Positions 1 through 15,007 are shown, counted from the stretch's first letter. The stretch: 64,000 nt of DNA from Eledone cirrhosa (GCA_964016885.1 OZ024754.1:44330001-44394000), one strand, 5' to 3'. The notes: a model not told the origin generated them from the sequence alone. Numbers and translations are program-made.

Positions 1-99
1 TCATTTCTGACTGTATATATATATATACAGTATATATATTTCTGACTATATATATATATATAGTAATAATAAATATATACATATATATATATTTATTAT

Positions 100-175
<76 letters not shown>

Positions 176-610
176 TATTACTATATATATATAAGTAGAA
201 GGGGGTATTTAATTTGTCGGAAATCATACATACATACATATATATAGGGAGTGTATATGATATAATATATAATATACAACATATAATATATATGCTGCAT
301 GTTGCTGTCTTCGAAGTCTGCAGCTATAGTCTTATAGCATGTTAATAAAGGGAGACCCTTATTAAGGAACAAATTATTATGAAACATCTAGCAGGATGGT
401 GATTGTGCAGTGTATTGCAAGCTATGTGCAATTGTGTAACCCCTTTCTCGTTCATCTGCAGGTAACTGTACCATTTCAGTAGCAGGGTGTTAAATATAAT
501 ATAAGGGGTAGGTGTGATGGGGCAGATGTCATACCAGCTGGTAATTACATCTTGCAACCAGATAGAGATCGTTGCAATCTACCCCGTCACTTATGTCATA
601 CTTTCTTTCC

Positions 611-1270
<660 letters not shown>

Positions 1271-1450
1271 GGCACATAAGCAATAGGACGTGTGTTTTAT
1301 ACTGCGGCATATCAAACAAATCGGATATCGTCTGAGGATGCCGTTCTCATAACAACAGCAAATGCATGAAGGACTTGTCGATTGCATGGAGAACCGTGGA
1401 AATACGTATAATGATTAAACGATTTATGTAACACCAGCATCATATTTTGT

Positions 1451-1509
<59 letters not shown>

Positions 1510-2330
1510 AGAGGGTGTAAAGGCGGGTAGTCCTGGGGTGATCACAAGAGGGTGTTATTATTAATAACATTAAAAGCCAATGATAGTTGTATTGCTGTAC
1601 CATAAGACTGAATGGAATGTTAGCTTGGACTGTTTATAGTATATGTCTTACATCCACCACCACCACCACCACCACCACCACTACCACAATTACCACAACC
1701 ACCATCACCACCATCACCACCACCACCACTACCACCATCACCACAACCACCATCATCACCATCACCACCACCACCACCACCACCACCACCACTATCACCA
1801 ACACTACCACCACTACCACAATCACCACCACCACCTCCACTGCCACCATCATTCAGTATCAACACCATCATTTCTTAACACTGTGCCACGCCCACAAACA
1901 TCACCAGAGAAACCATGACAACCATCTTTACTCCATCCCACACTATCAAAACATTACTCCATCATCATCATCAACACCAACACCACCATCACCACCATCA
2001 CCACCATCACCACCAGGGTCAGTTTTGTCTTTCATCCTTACGGGGTCGATAAAATAAAGTACCAGTAATACACTGGTGGCGCTTTAATCGACTTTTCTAC
2101 CCACAAAAATTGTTGCCATTGCGCTTAAATAAGAAACTATTATCATGACCCTAAAATTCATCAACATCATCATTATCATCATCACTCCATCACAAATAAC
2201 ACTACTGTCACCACCACCACCACCACCACCACCACCACCATCACCATCACCACTATACCACCACCATCACCACCACCACTCTCACACACATATACACAAA
2301 CACAGAGACACACACACACTGCTACTACCA

Positions 2331-2383
<53 letters not shown>

Positions 2384-3316
2384 GCTGCTGCTAAAGGCCG
2401 TAATTGGGAGGTAGATTAAACCGAATTATATCGACCCCGTACATGACTGGTATTTTATTTATTGTCCTTGAAAGGATGAAAGGCGAAATTGATCTCAGTG
2501 GAATTTGCACTGAGAATGTCGAGAGCCGAAACAAATACTTTCAGGCATTTTTGTTCCAACGGAAGAGCTTGTTGCCCAGAAGACATCTTTGGCATGACAG
2601 TTACTTCCGGTATTTCTAGATTGAGGTAATTACAGGAAGGAAGGTGAGGAAATAGATGGATCAGTAATCTGTAACGGGTTTATGATTGGTTGTTTATGTT
2701 GTTGTTACTGTTGCTGTTGTTTTTATTTTGGCCTCAAGTTATCCTTGATTGAGCAGGCCTAGGATAAAAGAGCGGAGGTGTATTGGTAGAGTCGTTAGAA
2801 CGTCTGACAGAATACTTTACGGTATTCGTTCCGACTCTCTGCTTTCTTGAGTTCAAATCCAGCCAAGATTAATCACCTTTTAACGTTTCGAGATCGATAA
2901 AAAAAAAGAACCAGTCCAGTACTGAGGTCGATATTCTCCCCACTCTCTCGTTCTCTGGAAGAAATCGGTTGTGTTCAAAGCAGAAGAGGAACCGGCTCCG
3001 TCAGAATAAAAATGCGCAATACACACTGTATATATTATGTAAAATTAAGGTGGGTTGTAGGATACACAAGTAAGACGTAGAATTGCAGATGTATGGTGTA
3101 TTACGTAGAAATAAGTGAACAGTGGGCATTGTTGTACTAGATAACCTAATACAGATATTTAACAATGACGCAAATCATATGAAGAACCTAAGTAACTTGA
3201 AACAGTTCCCTTCGGATATTCCAATGAAAATATTTACATTCCTCAACATTTCACTTCTTTAGTTCAACATTTTTTGTATCTATGTTTGAAGTAGATTTTC
3301 TTGCAATAAGGAAAAG

Positions 3317-3640
3317 TGGTCAGTAGGACTGATAAAGTTGGTGATGTCCTGAGTTGACCAGTAGCATTGTTAAATTGAGTGTTGTCTGGTGGTGGTCAGT
3401 AGGACTGATAAAGTTGGTGATGTCCTGAGTTGACCAGTAGCATTGTTAAATTGAGTGTTGTCTGGTGGTGGTCAGTAGGACTGATAAAGTTGGTGATGTC
3501 CTGAGTTGACCAGTAGCATTGTTAAATTGAGTGTTGTCCTGTAGTAGTCAATAGAATTGGTAACGTTAGTGATATCTGGTGGTGGTCAGTAGAATTGATG
3601 AAGTTAGTGATGTCCTGAGTCGACCAGTAACATTATTAAA
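3317..3640. repeat. 76-bp minisatellite, 3 near-perfect copies plus a degenerate tail
   Basis: GTGGTCAGTAGGACTGATAAAG recurs at 3317, 3393 and 3469. Confidence 0.9.
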
Positions 3641-3713
3641 TCTACTATGATTTGGCTTTACCTAATTCATATATTTTTTTTGCGTGTCAGTCAGATTAAA
3701 ACTTACAATTATT

Positions 3714-3751
<38 letters not shown>

Positions 3752-3761
3752 TTTATATATA

Positions 3762-3904
3762 TAAGAACAAAAGATGGTTAAAAGAGTTCCATGTATTTTA
3801 TTATGCGCATTTCAAAAACAAATATCATCATGCAATAATATTTGTGATTTCATCAGATAAAACAGGAGGACATGATATGAAGGTTAAAAAACACTTGTGG
3901 ATAG

Positions 3905-3905
<1 letters not shown>
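3762..3905 (-). mobile_element. Penelope-like/retrozyme-like fragment, family E, inside (TA)n
   Basis: Homologous to 40165-40473, contains a hammerhead and is flanked by TA tracts. Confidence 0.6.
3794..3864 (-). ncRNA. Type I hammerhead ribozyme motif (family E)
   Basis: Minus strand: UGUUUUAU-CUGAUGA-long stem II-GAA-AUGCGCAU-A^-AUAAAAUA. Confidence 0.75.
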
Positions 3906-3967
<62 letters not shown>

Positions 3968-3968
<1 letters not shown>

Positions 3969-4140
3969 GTTATTCCGGGTTGAATCGGAGGTAACCACAG
4001 TAAGTAAGGTACTCAATACATTGCAGAGTATAGCAGTTTTAATATAGATGAGATTCTACAGGACTAGAACTGTTTCATTCTTTAGAAATCATCAGGAATC
4101 TAAAATTCTAGTCTTGTAGAATCTCATCTATATTAAAACT
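3968..4140 (-). mobile_element. Penelope-like fragment, family A, with partial fold-back
   Basis: Hammerhead plus an inverted arm (4036-4068 vs 4105-4140), TA-flanked. Related pieces at ~5566-5636 and ~31645-31765. Confidence 0.6.
4051..4101 (-). ncRNA. Type I hammerhead ribozyme motif (family A)
   Basis: Minus strand: AGAUUC-CUGAUGA-UUUC(UAAA)GAAU-GAA-ACAG(UUCUAGUC)CUGU-A^-GAAUCU. Stems I and III pair perfectly; cleavage triplet GUA. Confidence 0.8.
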
Positions 4141-4252
4141 ATATATATATATATATATTATTTGTTTGTTAAAATAATTAAATTAAATTAATTCAACAGT
4201 TAAACACACACAGGATTAATGAGATTGTTACCAAAGAACCAGAAGATTGAAA

Positions 4253-4540
4253 AGTCGACCCCAAATATGACAATTAGCTCTAGGAAAGCCATGAACGACA
4301 TAAAATCTTTTTAACTTTGATTTTGAAAGTAGGTTTATAATTATTAATTTTCATTATTCGTTTGTAGCTGTCTCTGTGGCCTAGTTGGAGAAATCAGAGA
4401 CGGTGGTGATCCAGGTCTGAAGTTCGATCCTGGTCGGCAGAAGGGTTCCCGATAATCCTTTTCAGTTTTTTTTCTATGGGATGTAAAATATAAACTGAAA
4501 AAGATTACATGTATTTCTTGATCAGGATTGAACCCAAGAA
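4253..4540. mobile_element. Truncated copy of the twin-Pol III palindromic element
   Basis: Reverse-complement match to ~56810-57095. Confidence 0.65.
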
Positions 4541-4564
4541 TTTCAGGAAAGATTTTGTGATTTC

Positions 4565-5240
4565 TCATCTTTTGAACATCAGTTTACATTATTCTCAGCA
4601 CCATTCACCTTTGATGAAGGCAGAAGAAACCCTGCAGATGGAACTATTGGAAATGCAGTCAGATTCTACACTCAGAACAAAGTATCTTGAAGTGGGGATA
4701 ACTGGTTTCTTTCCATACCTTCCTGAAAAGGTAAAAAACTTCAGAAAGTTTGTCACAAAGATTATAGCAATGGTTCTACCTATGTGTGTGGACAGTTATT
4801 GAAATTAACAAAAACTTCTCAAGGAACAAGGCTAGTGTCATCTAGTGTCATCTCTGATCAAAGTCGGAACTGTACAAACATTTCATCCAGACATACCAAA
4901 CATTGTCAACAAAAAGATGTGTCAAGCCTCAGGACAAAACACTAAAAATGGTTGAATAGTCGCGAATAAATGTCCAGTTTTGAACTGTTGTAATTGTTGC
5001 ACAATGTATTTGTTGCTGTTGCAAGCTGCAAGTATTTGTTGACATTTTAAATTTTAGTTTCTTGTCAAACCACTTCATTACTTTGTATTCATAAATTTAA
5101 GTAACAAATTGTTCTGCAATAAATTTTATTAAATGACTTTAATTAGTTGTAATGTACATAATTAGTTGTCGTGTGTGGCCCTCAGACAACAGATATGTGA
5201 ACCATGCGGCCCTCGGGGGACCCTCAGTTTGACATGCCTG
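4565..5240 (+). mobile_element. hAT (Buster/SPIN/GTF2IRD2-like) transposon 3' remnant with frameshifted transposase C-terminus and right TIR
   Basis: LQMELLEMQSDSTLRTKY...FFPYLPEK...KIIAM then frameshifted GSTYVCGQL (hAT dimerization motif FGSTYxCEQ). Ends AGTTTGACATGCCTG (TIR CAGGCATGTCAAACT). Confidence 0.8.
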
Positions 5241-5254
5241 GTGTAAGGCATAAA

Positions 5255-5527
5255 CAACATAGCAGTATATTTCCGTCAAAAGTGACACAGAGGAGACTGA
5301 GGTTAGCTGGACATGCTCACCGACATCCAGAGTTGACATTGCACTCAGTGCTCCTGTGGGATCCCCTACATGGACACACTGGAAGAGGAAGACCAAGGTT
5401 AACGTATGTTGATGCCCTAAGGACAGAGACTGGTCTGTTGGAGACGCAGGACATGGCAGCGATAATGAGGGACAGAGACCGCTGGAGAGAACTCGTCCAT
5501 GGATCTCGGGAATTTTACCCGCCCTAG
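5255..5527 (+). mobile_element. RTE-clade LINE 3' fragment
   Basis: RRLRLAGHAHRHPE...VLLWDP...RGRPRLTYVDAL...MRDRDRWRELV is typical of the RTE ORF C-terminus. Confidence 0.8.
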
Positions 5528-6964
5528 ATATATATTTATAGAAATATAGATATAAATAGAAATATTTATACTCTGCTATGTATTGAGTACCTTACTTACT
5601 GAACCTTGCTTACCCGATTGAACCCGGGATAAACTTATATATATGTGTGTGTGTATGTATGGGTTAGTGCATATAAATGTGTGTGTTAGTGTATATATGT
5701 GTATGTGTTAGTGCATATGTGTGTGTATATATGTGTGTGTGTGTATATGTGTGTGTATATATATATGTGTATGTGTTAGTGTATATCTTGCTATTTCTAA
5801 CAATATCTGTGACTGCCTGTCCGACTATAAAACTTTTTTCTTCTTAAAGTTTCTTTCTCTGTCTCTCTCTCTCTCTCTTCCCCCCTCTCTCTCCCCTCTA
5901 TATGTCTTACTCTCTCTCTCTGTCTTTCCCTATCTCCCGCCGTACACAAACATTCGTGCTGGGTCTTTTTTTTTTTTTTTTTCAGTTTTTCTGTTAACCC
6001 ACTCGACATCAAACATCAAACTCTTCATCCTTCTACTTGTTGTTGTTGTTGTTTTTGTTTTAATCTTTCCGACAACCACGTACATCCTTACTCAGTTCTC
6101 TCCTCTGTCCACCACCACCACTACCACAACATTAACAATAACAACCATCACCACCACCACCAACACCATCAACACCACCACCACCACCACCACAAAAGTA
6201 ACAATAACCACCATCACCACCGCCACCAACTCATTAACACCACCACTACCACCACCGCTACTACCACCACCACCACCACTACCACCACCACCATCACTAC
6301 CACCACCACCACTACCACCATCACCACTACCACCATAACTACTACTACCACCACCACTAAGCCCACCACCATCACTACCACCACCACCACTACTACCACC
6401 ACTACTACCACCACCACCACTAACACCGCCACCATCACCACCACCACCACCAACCCACCACTACTACCACCACCACCACCACCACCAACAACACCACCAC
6501 CATCACTACCACCACCACCAACCCACCACTACTACCACCACCACCAACAACACCACCACCATCACTACCACCACCACCAACCCACCACTACTACCACCAC
6601 CACCACCACCACCACTAACACCACCACCATCACCACCACCACCACCAACCCACCACTAACACCACCACCATCACTACCACCACCACCACTACTACTACCA
6701 CCACCACCACCACCACCACCACTAACACCACCACCATCACCACCACCACCACCAACCCACCACTAACACCACCACCATCACCAACCCACCACCCCATCTG
6801 CTACAAGAGTTTTGGCGCATTCTGTAGCAGGCAGCATCTGTTTGTTACTTAGCACGGATTTATTTATCAAGCTCCGTTGGAGCTAAAAGTCAGAGTTTGG
6901 CTGAGTTTGGTGAGCTGTCGTCTGCTGACAGTTTTTGCCTCTTCTGCACTGTATATATAATTGT

Positions 6965-7015
<51 letters not shown>

Positions 7016-7138
7016 CTTACATCCATTTACACATACATACACATATATATTCATACACACACACATATATATATTGTCACACATACACACATATATATAT
7101 ATTCATATATACTTAATACCAGCGATCTTCGTTACTTT

Positions 7139-7170
<32 letters not shown>

Positions 7171-7676
7171 TCATACATACGCATATATATATCCACACCT
7201 ACACATATATATATACACCTACACACACATATTTATATATTTATATATATATATATATATTTACACACACACACACATATATACATACTTAAAATACATA
7301 CACATATATACCTACTTAAAATTGTACTCACACCTACATATATATATATTGATGTATATATAAAACATTTTTTTTTACAGTCAGTGTCATTTTCCTTATA
7401 TTTAAAAAAAAATCATTCACACATATTTTTGTATCATTATACACACAAACCGACACGCGTAATTCTATATATATACATATAATTATATATATATACACAC
7501 ACAGACACACACACATATATGCACAAAAACTCTCCAAAGTTATACGCTTCTACACATATCTGAGGTTTTACAGTTATATACACTGAGACACGTGTTTTTA
7601 TACTTATATAAAAAAGATATATACCTACATCTTGATATTTTTATATAAATTTACACATACGTACATCCATACACAC

Positions 7677-7780
<104 letters not shown>

Positions 7781-8124
7781 GTAGATATACATACACGTAT
7801 ATATATATATATATATATAAAGTGAAGTTCATATTTACTACCACCTATAAATATATAAGCACAGACACAGTGACATATAATATACAACATAAATATACAC
7901 ATATATACATACATACATATATATATACAAATATATATATAGTGTAGAAGGAATACAAATACAACTGTAGAAGCAGTGGTGCTTTACACATGCTGTGGTA
8001 GGGAAAACTTTACACGGGACCACAGCATCAAAAACAGCATCACCATCATCAATATCATCATTATCAGAGGAATAATTGTCATCAACAAACAACACCATTT
8101 ACCATTGCTACAACATCAGTCTGT

Positions 8125-8490
8125 ATGGATGCCGGATCATATGATAACGTGGAGTTTCCCATTCGGAAACCGGCAACTACCGCTGCTAGCTACAGTACAA
8201 CTTCAAAATATGTAAGTTCAAGTAGTAACAAAAGCAGTAGTAGTAGTAGTAGTAGTGGAGGCGGTGGTAGTAGTTCTACTATTAGTAGTAGTGGTGGTGG
8301 TGGTAGTGGTACCCCATCTGTGTCAACAGGTCGTCTCCAGGTTCACCATACCAATGCTAAAGTAGACTGCATTAGTAACAGTAGACAGGCTGGGAAATTA
8401 GCTACAGTAGAAGAAGGGAACACGGAAAATGAGGAAAACAAAACTCATTCCACTGTGGTTATACAAAATAATACACTGGTCTCTTCCACG
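8125..8490 (+). CDS. Probable first coding exon (122 codons, Ser/Gly-rich, MDAGSYDNVEF...VSST) of the spliced gene continuing at 45971
   Basis: Non-repetitive ORF ending at a consensus donor ACG|GTAAGT (8490/8491) in phase 0, matching the phase-0 acceptor at 45971. The frame is also open upstream to the TAG at ~8001. Linkage across the 37.5 kb intron is inferred. Confidence 0.55.
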
Positions 8491-8888
8491 GTAAGTCAAA
8501 CAAAAACATAACTTTCTTTTCTCTCTCATGTCATTTCATTGTCATCTCTCCTTTCACCTTTGTCATTTTCTCGCTGCCTTTCATCGATTTTACTCGTCGT
8601 TTTAAAACTACAAATTTATATATTCATCACCTTGGAATATATATCATGGAATATATATAATAAACTATAAAATTACATATACATCACCCTGGAATATATA
8701 CTACACAAAGTTTCGCAATCATTTCTGTACATTTTTTTTTTAAAATCTATCTTATGTTTCCCTAAATAATTATATATACACACCACCTTAGAATATACAC
8801 TCAAAGTAAGATTCGCAATAATTTCTACATTTTTTTTTTTTGCTTCTTTTGACAGCCTGGCTGTCTGCATTACGACATTATGATGTAG

Positions 8889-8960
<72 letters not shown>

Positions 8961-9085
8961 ATATATAGTGTGTAACGTTTTTCGAAATATTTACTTCTGC
9001 GTTCACAGATTGATTTTTTAAATTTTAGTTTCAGAAGATCCCGTTAAGGGTGAAAGCAGCGATTCTTTGCTTAAACTTTAATCTG

Positions 9086-9116
<31 letters not shown>

Positions 9117-9232
9117 GGAACCAGTAAGACCCCATTGGGGTCTTACTGGTTCCTATTACCCACTCTACTACCTCAAGTATTGAGTACTTTGGTGCGTTAT
9201 GGTCCACCTGGTTCCTTACCACATTTCCTTCG

Positions 9233-9270
<38 letters not shown>

Positions 9271-9417
9271 ATATTCGTGTACAGGTATTTTTGCATACAC
9301 AATAACAAAATATAATCAAACGTATTTATTTCACGAGGCTCGATAACGATAAATATATATCAAATATATAAGAACACAAGAGAAAATCCCGAGCAACGGG
9401 ATAGTATATATATATAT

Positions 9418-9627
9418 AACGAAGGAAGTGTGGTAAGGAACCAGGTGGACCATAACGTACCAGAGTACTCGATATTATGGGTAGTAGAGTGGGTAATAGG
9501 AAAAGAATCAGGATCCCGGCGGCTGAGCTCCGGCCGTTTCGACAACTATTTCTGAACTATTTCAGAAATAGTTCAGGAATAGCTGTCGAAACGGCCGGAG
9601 CTCAGCCGTCGGGGTCCTGACTCTTTT

Positions 9628-9630
<3 letters not shown>
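9418..9630. mobile_element. Penelope-like fragment, family B, fold-back copy
   Basis: Retains the hammerhead 3' half GAAACGGC(loop)GCCGUC and is TA-flanked. Further copies at 9115-9234(+), 12047-12233(-), 13019-13164(+), 18331-18498(-) and 50891-51087(-). Confidence 0.6.
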
Positions 9631-9679
<49 letters not shown>

Positions 9680-9989
9680 GCCTAAAATAGAAACAATTAT
9701 CTTTTTTTTCTTCTTAAATTAGCTGATTCTGCATTACACACCCACACACACCTTCCTCGCTATGTCTCTCTACCTCTCCCTCCTCCTCTTCCCCACCCCT
9801 CTCTCTCTCCCTCTTACCTTCTCTCTATGTCACGAGTCTATGTCATCTCCTCAAATGAAGACCAATCTTAGATATAACTAGAAAAAGAATGCAGAAAAAC
9901 AAAACAAAAACCCCACCAAAAGGTGAAAACATCTTGTTTAAGGTCATTGGGTCAACCCTGAAATGTTCTCCTTCATATATATATAATAA

Positions 9990-10173
9990 TAATTGTTTCT
10001 ACTTTTGGCACAAGGCCAGCAATAACCCCAGTACATTACTGGTACTTTATTTTATCGACCTCGTAAGGATGAAAGGCCAAGTTAACCTAGGCGGGATTAA
10101 CTTTGCCTTTCATCCTTACGGGGGTCGATAAAATAAAGTACCAGTAATGTACTGGGATAATTGCTAGCCTTGT
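9990..10173. mobile_element. Fold-back (head-to-head) pair of SINE 3' halves
   Basis: ~10009-10085 pairs with ~10097-10173. Confidence 0.8.
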
Positions 10174-10182
10174 GAACAGTTT

Positions 10183-10405
10183 TTTTACACTTACCGGCTA
10201 CATAGCCTCTTGCTTGTTATATCTCAACGTATCTTTATTTTACACAGTAAACAATCTTTTACACTTACCGGCTACATAGCCTCTTGCTTGTTATATCTCA
10301 ACGTATCTTTATTTTACACAGTAAACAATCTTTTACACTTACCGGCTACATAGCCTCTTGCTTGTTATATCTCAACGTATCTTTATTGTAAACAATCTTT
10401 TACAT
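10183..10405. repeat. 74-bp minisatellite, 3 copies
   Basis: TTTTACACTTACCGGCTACATAGCC recurs every 74 bp. Confidence 0.9.
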
Positions 10406-10715
10406 TTAACCTTCCCTTACATTACCCCTTGCTCAATATGACCCCTTTCAATCAATGTCGGTTTTATAACAAGGTTTTCTAACCTTTTATTATTTTTATA
10501 TAACCCCTTCTCCTCTACAAGTCTGTCATTCCTATCTCCTCCACACTTGATAAGAAACAGAAACTAAACTTGTATACAACACACTTTATTACATAATATA
10601 AACAGCTTTATATTAATTTAACATTACTATCTTTAAAATTAACATTAAAGAAAATAATTTGATATATTTATATTATTATATTCGTCTCTGAGAAGGATAT
10701 AATATAAATATATGA

Positions 10716-10968
10716 AACTAGCTGACGTACCCAGCTTTGCCCGGGTAAACAAATGATAAGAGAAGACTGACACATACACACTCATATACAAGTTGTCTAT
10801 AGAAGATTATTTTAGCTAAAGAGTTATATTACTTTAATCCAAATGAAAATAAAAATTATATGTTGTTACTCCCGGGGTATAAAAATTTGATTTGATTTAG
10901 TCGAGCCGTTTTGGGCGGCAAAAGGAAAAGACAGACAGAGGGACAAAGAATTTTATATAGAGAGAGAT
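10716..10968 (+). mobile_element. Helitron-like non-autonomous element
   Basis: Starts ACTAG...TACCCAGCTTTGCCCGGGTA (5' subterminal hairpin) and ends GACAGACAGA...TTTTATATAGAGAGAGAT, resembling recalled HINE/Lep1-type architecture. Confidence 0.5.
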
Positions 10969-11868
10969 TATAGAGTTTCCTGGTGGGGGAACCACAGAAA
11001 ACGAACAATTTACAACGGTTTGGAAGACCAATTCGATACAAAAAATATGCCATAAAAAATCATAAGAAAAACATAAATTTTACCTTTAAAATTATAACCA
11101 AACACATCAACCAACTAGTGCCGGGTCCCAAATAATAGGGTAGGGGATCGGTAATTTTTCTATTAAAATTCTCACCTCTGTTGAGTTTTTTAAAAACCAG
11201 AATTAGTCGTTTAGTTTACATATTGAGACCCCCAACCATCCTATCTATTTTAAAACATATGGGATTTCTAGTAATGTACTTTTGTCATGTATAATGTTTT
11301 GTAATGTATAAAGAAAGTTAATTGTCGCAGGAATGCTACCACTTAAAATAAAATTTCACCGGGGTTTGAAAAAAAATCTGGAAAATTATCGACCCCGGCT
11401 GCGGGTGGGGTCGATAATTCGAGACCCGAGGCCACCCTTAAAATTAAAGAAAAAACAAACAATATTTATAGTTACACACGCCTCGGTGATGACTGTAACT
11501 ATAACGACATACAATTATTAAATATAACAAAATTAATGTGAAAAATAATGAAGAGATTGTCAACCTATAAACAACCTTCCACCCCACCCGAAACTCTCGG
11601 CCCACCCCACCCGAACCTCTCGCCCCACACCACCCTAACCCCTCGTCCCTCCCACACCAACATTGGAATATCCTGAAATTCTACCCCTCTCTTCCGGCGG
11701 TAATTTCATTCAAGATTCATAGTTGTAAATCCCTTCTATTCATTCACTGCTAGTTCCCAATATTTGCTGAATGTTGAATATGTCTCAAATGACACCCCAA
11801 CACCCCACCCGCCGTCTTGAAAATAAAGGGACTACTCGTATGTTGCGTTTCTAAATATAATGTGCCTG

Positions 11869-11906
<38 letters not shown>

Positions 11907-11963
11907 GTGTATATATGTGTGTGTGTATACATACATACATACATATATATATATATGTATGTG

Positions 11964-12008
<45 letters not shown>

Positions 12009-12014
12009 ATACAT

Positions 12015-12046
<32 letters not shown>

Positions 12047-12048
<2 letters not shown>

Positions 12049-12230
12049 CGAAGGAAATGTGGTAAGGAACCAGGTGGACCATAACGCACCAGAGTACTCG
12101 ATACTTATGATAGTAGAGTGTGTAATAGGAAAAGAGTCAGGACCCCGACGGCTGAGCTCCGGCCGTTTCGACAGCTAGATCCCAACTGTTCAGATCTCTC
12201 TCTCGAACTGGCCGGAGTTCAGTCTCTTTT

Positions 12231-12233
<3 letters not shown>
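12047..12233 (-). mobile_element. Penelope-like fragment, family B
   Basis: Homologous to the 9418 copy. Stems II and III are intact, the core is partly deleted, and it sits in (TA)n. Confidence 0.55.
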
Positions 12234-12292
<59 letters not shown>

Positions 12293-12840
12293 CATATATA
12301 TTCATATATTCATATATTTATATATGTATTTATATATATTTGGGCAGGTTAGTAACGAAAGGGCTAAAAGTACACGTGTTTGTGAAATACTCAGCTACGT
12401 TTACTTAAATTCAATGAGTGGGTAGTTCAGTTAATTGAATAACTAGAAAATCCATCCTCGAAACCGATGAAGATCCATTTCTTTCATTTCTATTCAGGTC
12501 TGAGAATCTTCTCCAAACACTGCCCTCGTCTTATGTATACAATATCTTATTTTTCTGTTTATATAAAGGGAGGGTGTGGGAATGGGGTGGATGTTCCTCT
12601 GTGAAGTAGATCACTGATAATATTATCATGTTGTTACACGCAGATACACACACACATACATATATATACACTGACACACACACCAACACACACACACACA
12701 CCAACACACACACACCAATTATACAGACATTAGTATTCACTATTAGTAGTTCACAACATCATGTGTCCTACAACGGAATTAGAACATGGAAACCCTAGAC
12801 AACTATATATTACAGCACATACTGTGTCACAGCTATACAC

Positions 12841-12897
<57 letters not shown>

Positions 12898-13185
12898 CTG
12901 GGTGTGTGTGTCTGGGTGTATATGTATATATAAGGGTGTATATATTTGTGTATATACAATGAAGCCTACATATACACACATTGAAATATTTATACAAACA
13001 TTTCATATATATATATATAGGAAAATGTTCAATAGCCGTCGAAACGGCTTGAGCTCTGCCGTCGAGGTCTTGAACATTTTTCTATTATCCACTCTACTAC
13101 CCTAAGTATTGAGTACTCTGGTGCGTTATGATCCATCTGGTTCCTTACCATACTTCCTTCGTTATATATATATATATATATATAT

Positions 13186-13453
13186 GACCAAAGATTAGTA
13201 TGGTTCGTTGATTACTCAACGAATACAATATTACAATAGATTAGAAGCACTCAACAGTCGATTTTCCCGAAGTTTTTAATATTATTCAATTCCAGTACTG
13301 GAATTGAATAATCAATACCGTAGCGGTATGTCACATACCAAATCATATATTTTATCTGATGAAAACGTACTTAAACACCATCGTACCTTTGAAATATGTA
13401 TAATAAAATATATATTTTCATTATGAGAATAGTTTTCATTTATTAACATTTTG

Positions 13454-13458
<5 letters not shown>
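13186..13458 (+). mobile_element. Penelope-like fragment, family C (diverged subfamily)
   Basis: Shares TTACAATAGATTRGAAGCACTCAACAG and the hammerhead with the 20481 copy; TA-flanked. Confidence 0.6.
13345..13413 (+). ncRNA. Type I hammerhead ribozyme motif (family C)
   Basis: AUAUAUUUUAU-CUGAUGA-AAACGUAC(loop)GUACCUUU-GAA-AUAUGUAU-A^-AUAAAAUAUAU, with an 11-bp stem I. Confidence 0.8.
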
Positions 13459-13533
<75 letters not shown>

Positions 13534-15007
13534 CTGTTATATGTATTATATTATATGTATATCATATTATATACATATATTATATATATATATATATATG
13601 TATATTATATGTATATATAATAAATCCAGACATTCCTTGACATGCTTACATGAACATGTATATGGGGGGGGGTGTAGTGTAAGGGGTTGTGTGGAGATGG
13701 AGAGAGAGAGAGGGTGTGATGGAGAGAGAGAGAGTGAGGGGGGGGAGAGAGAGTGGGGTGGGGTGGAGTGGGGCAGCTTACCCACAACAGCAGAGAATGG
13801 TTCCATTGTCGACCATCTGTACAAAGTCACTGTTTTGACTAAGCTGCTTCTTGTGGGTTTTATATAACACACACACACACACATAGACACACACACACAC
13901 ACATAGACACACACACATACACACACACACACACACATACACATACACACATACACATATACACACATAACATATATGCACATACATGCAAACACACTCA
14001 CTCACTCATTCACACAAACACACATAAGCACATACTCCCTTACTAATTCAAAAAGATACACACATATACACATACATACATGCACGCATACACACGCACA
14101 CACACACACACACACACACATACGTTCACACTTCACACATACACACTTCACACACACAATCACACACACACACACATAAACATATACTCACTCACTCAAA
14201 CACACAGACTTTCACACACACAAGCACACTCACATGCATACACTCACACACATACGTTCACACACACACACACGTTCACACACACACACACACAACCACG
14301 TACTCCCCCACCCTCACGACATCACACTATAATCATGTGATACATAACTCCATTTCCTACAATTTCTCTACACAAAATATGAAATCCCTGTTCTACATGC
14401 TATGACAAAGTCCAACATGTATCAATTCTTCCAGCGAAGGAGCTCCGTGGTTTTTCGTTAGAAACCGGATCTTTCTTTTTTAAGGTAGAGTTCAAAGATT
14501 CATAAAAAGGGAGGACGTAGGGACTTTTAACTCCTGATGGAGTCGTAGGGGTGGCGTTGTAGTTACATACGACATGTATTGGGTATTTTAAACATGGCAG
14601 GGCCAATACTCTCTCTAGGTCTGAATAGAGCAGATTTCTTTCAGAGGAGAGAAAGTGACAAAGAGAGAGAGGAAGGAGATAGAAAGGGAACGAGAGAGGG
14701 AGAGGAAGGGGTGGGAAGAGGGGAAGGAAGAGGGGGTACGGGTGAGAGAGGAAGAGGGGGAGAGGGGGAGAGAGAGGGGGAACGGAAGAGAGAGAGAAGA
14801 AGAGGGGGAGAGGGAGATAGATAGAGAGAGGGGGGAGTGGAGGAAAGGGAGGGGGAGGAAGAGGGGGCGGGGCAGAGAGGGGGGAGAGAGAGGAGAGTAT
14901 CGATCCCATTATGGATTGGTACTTTCACTACTTGCCATGGGTGGTATTTTCTCTAGATGGTAGTATACCATAATATAAAGTATTGGTCCAGTGATGGTAC
15001 TAGTCTA

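Noticed and set aside
1325-1390. Further hammerhead candidates (1333 CTGAGGA...GAAG; 10688; 32550 CTGATGACGAAA)
   Set aside because: Core or stems are incomplete and cannot be supported by eye.
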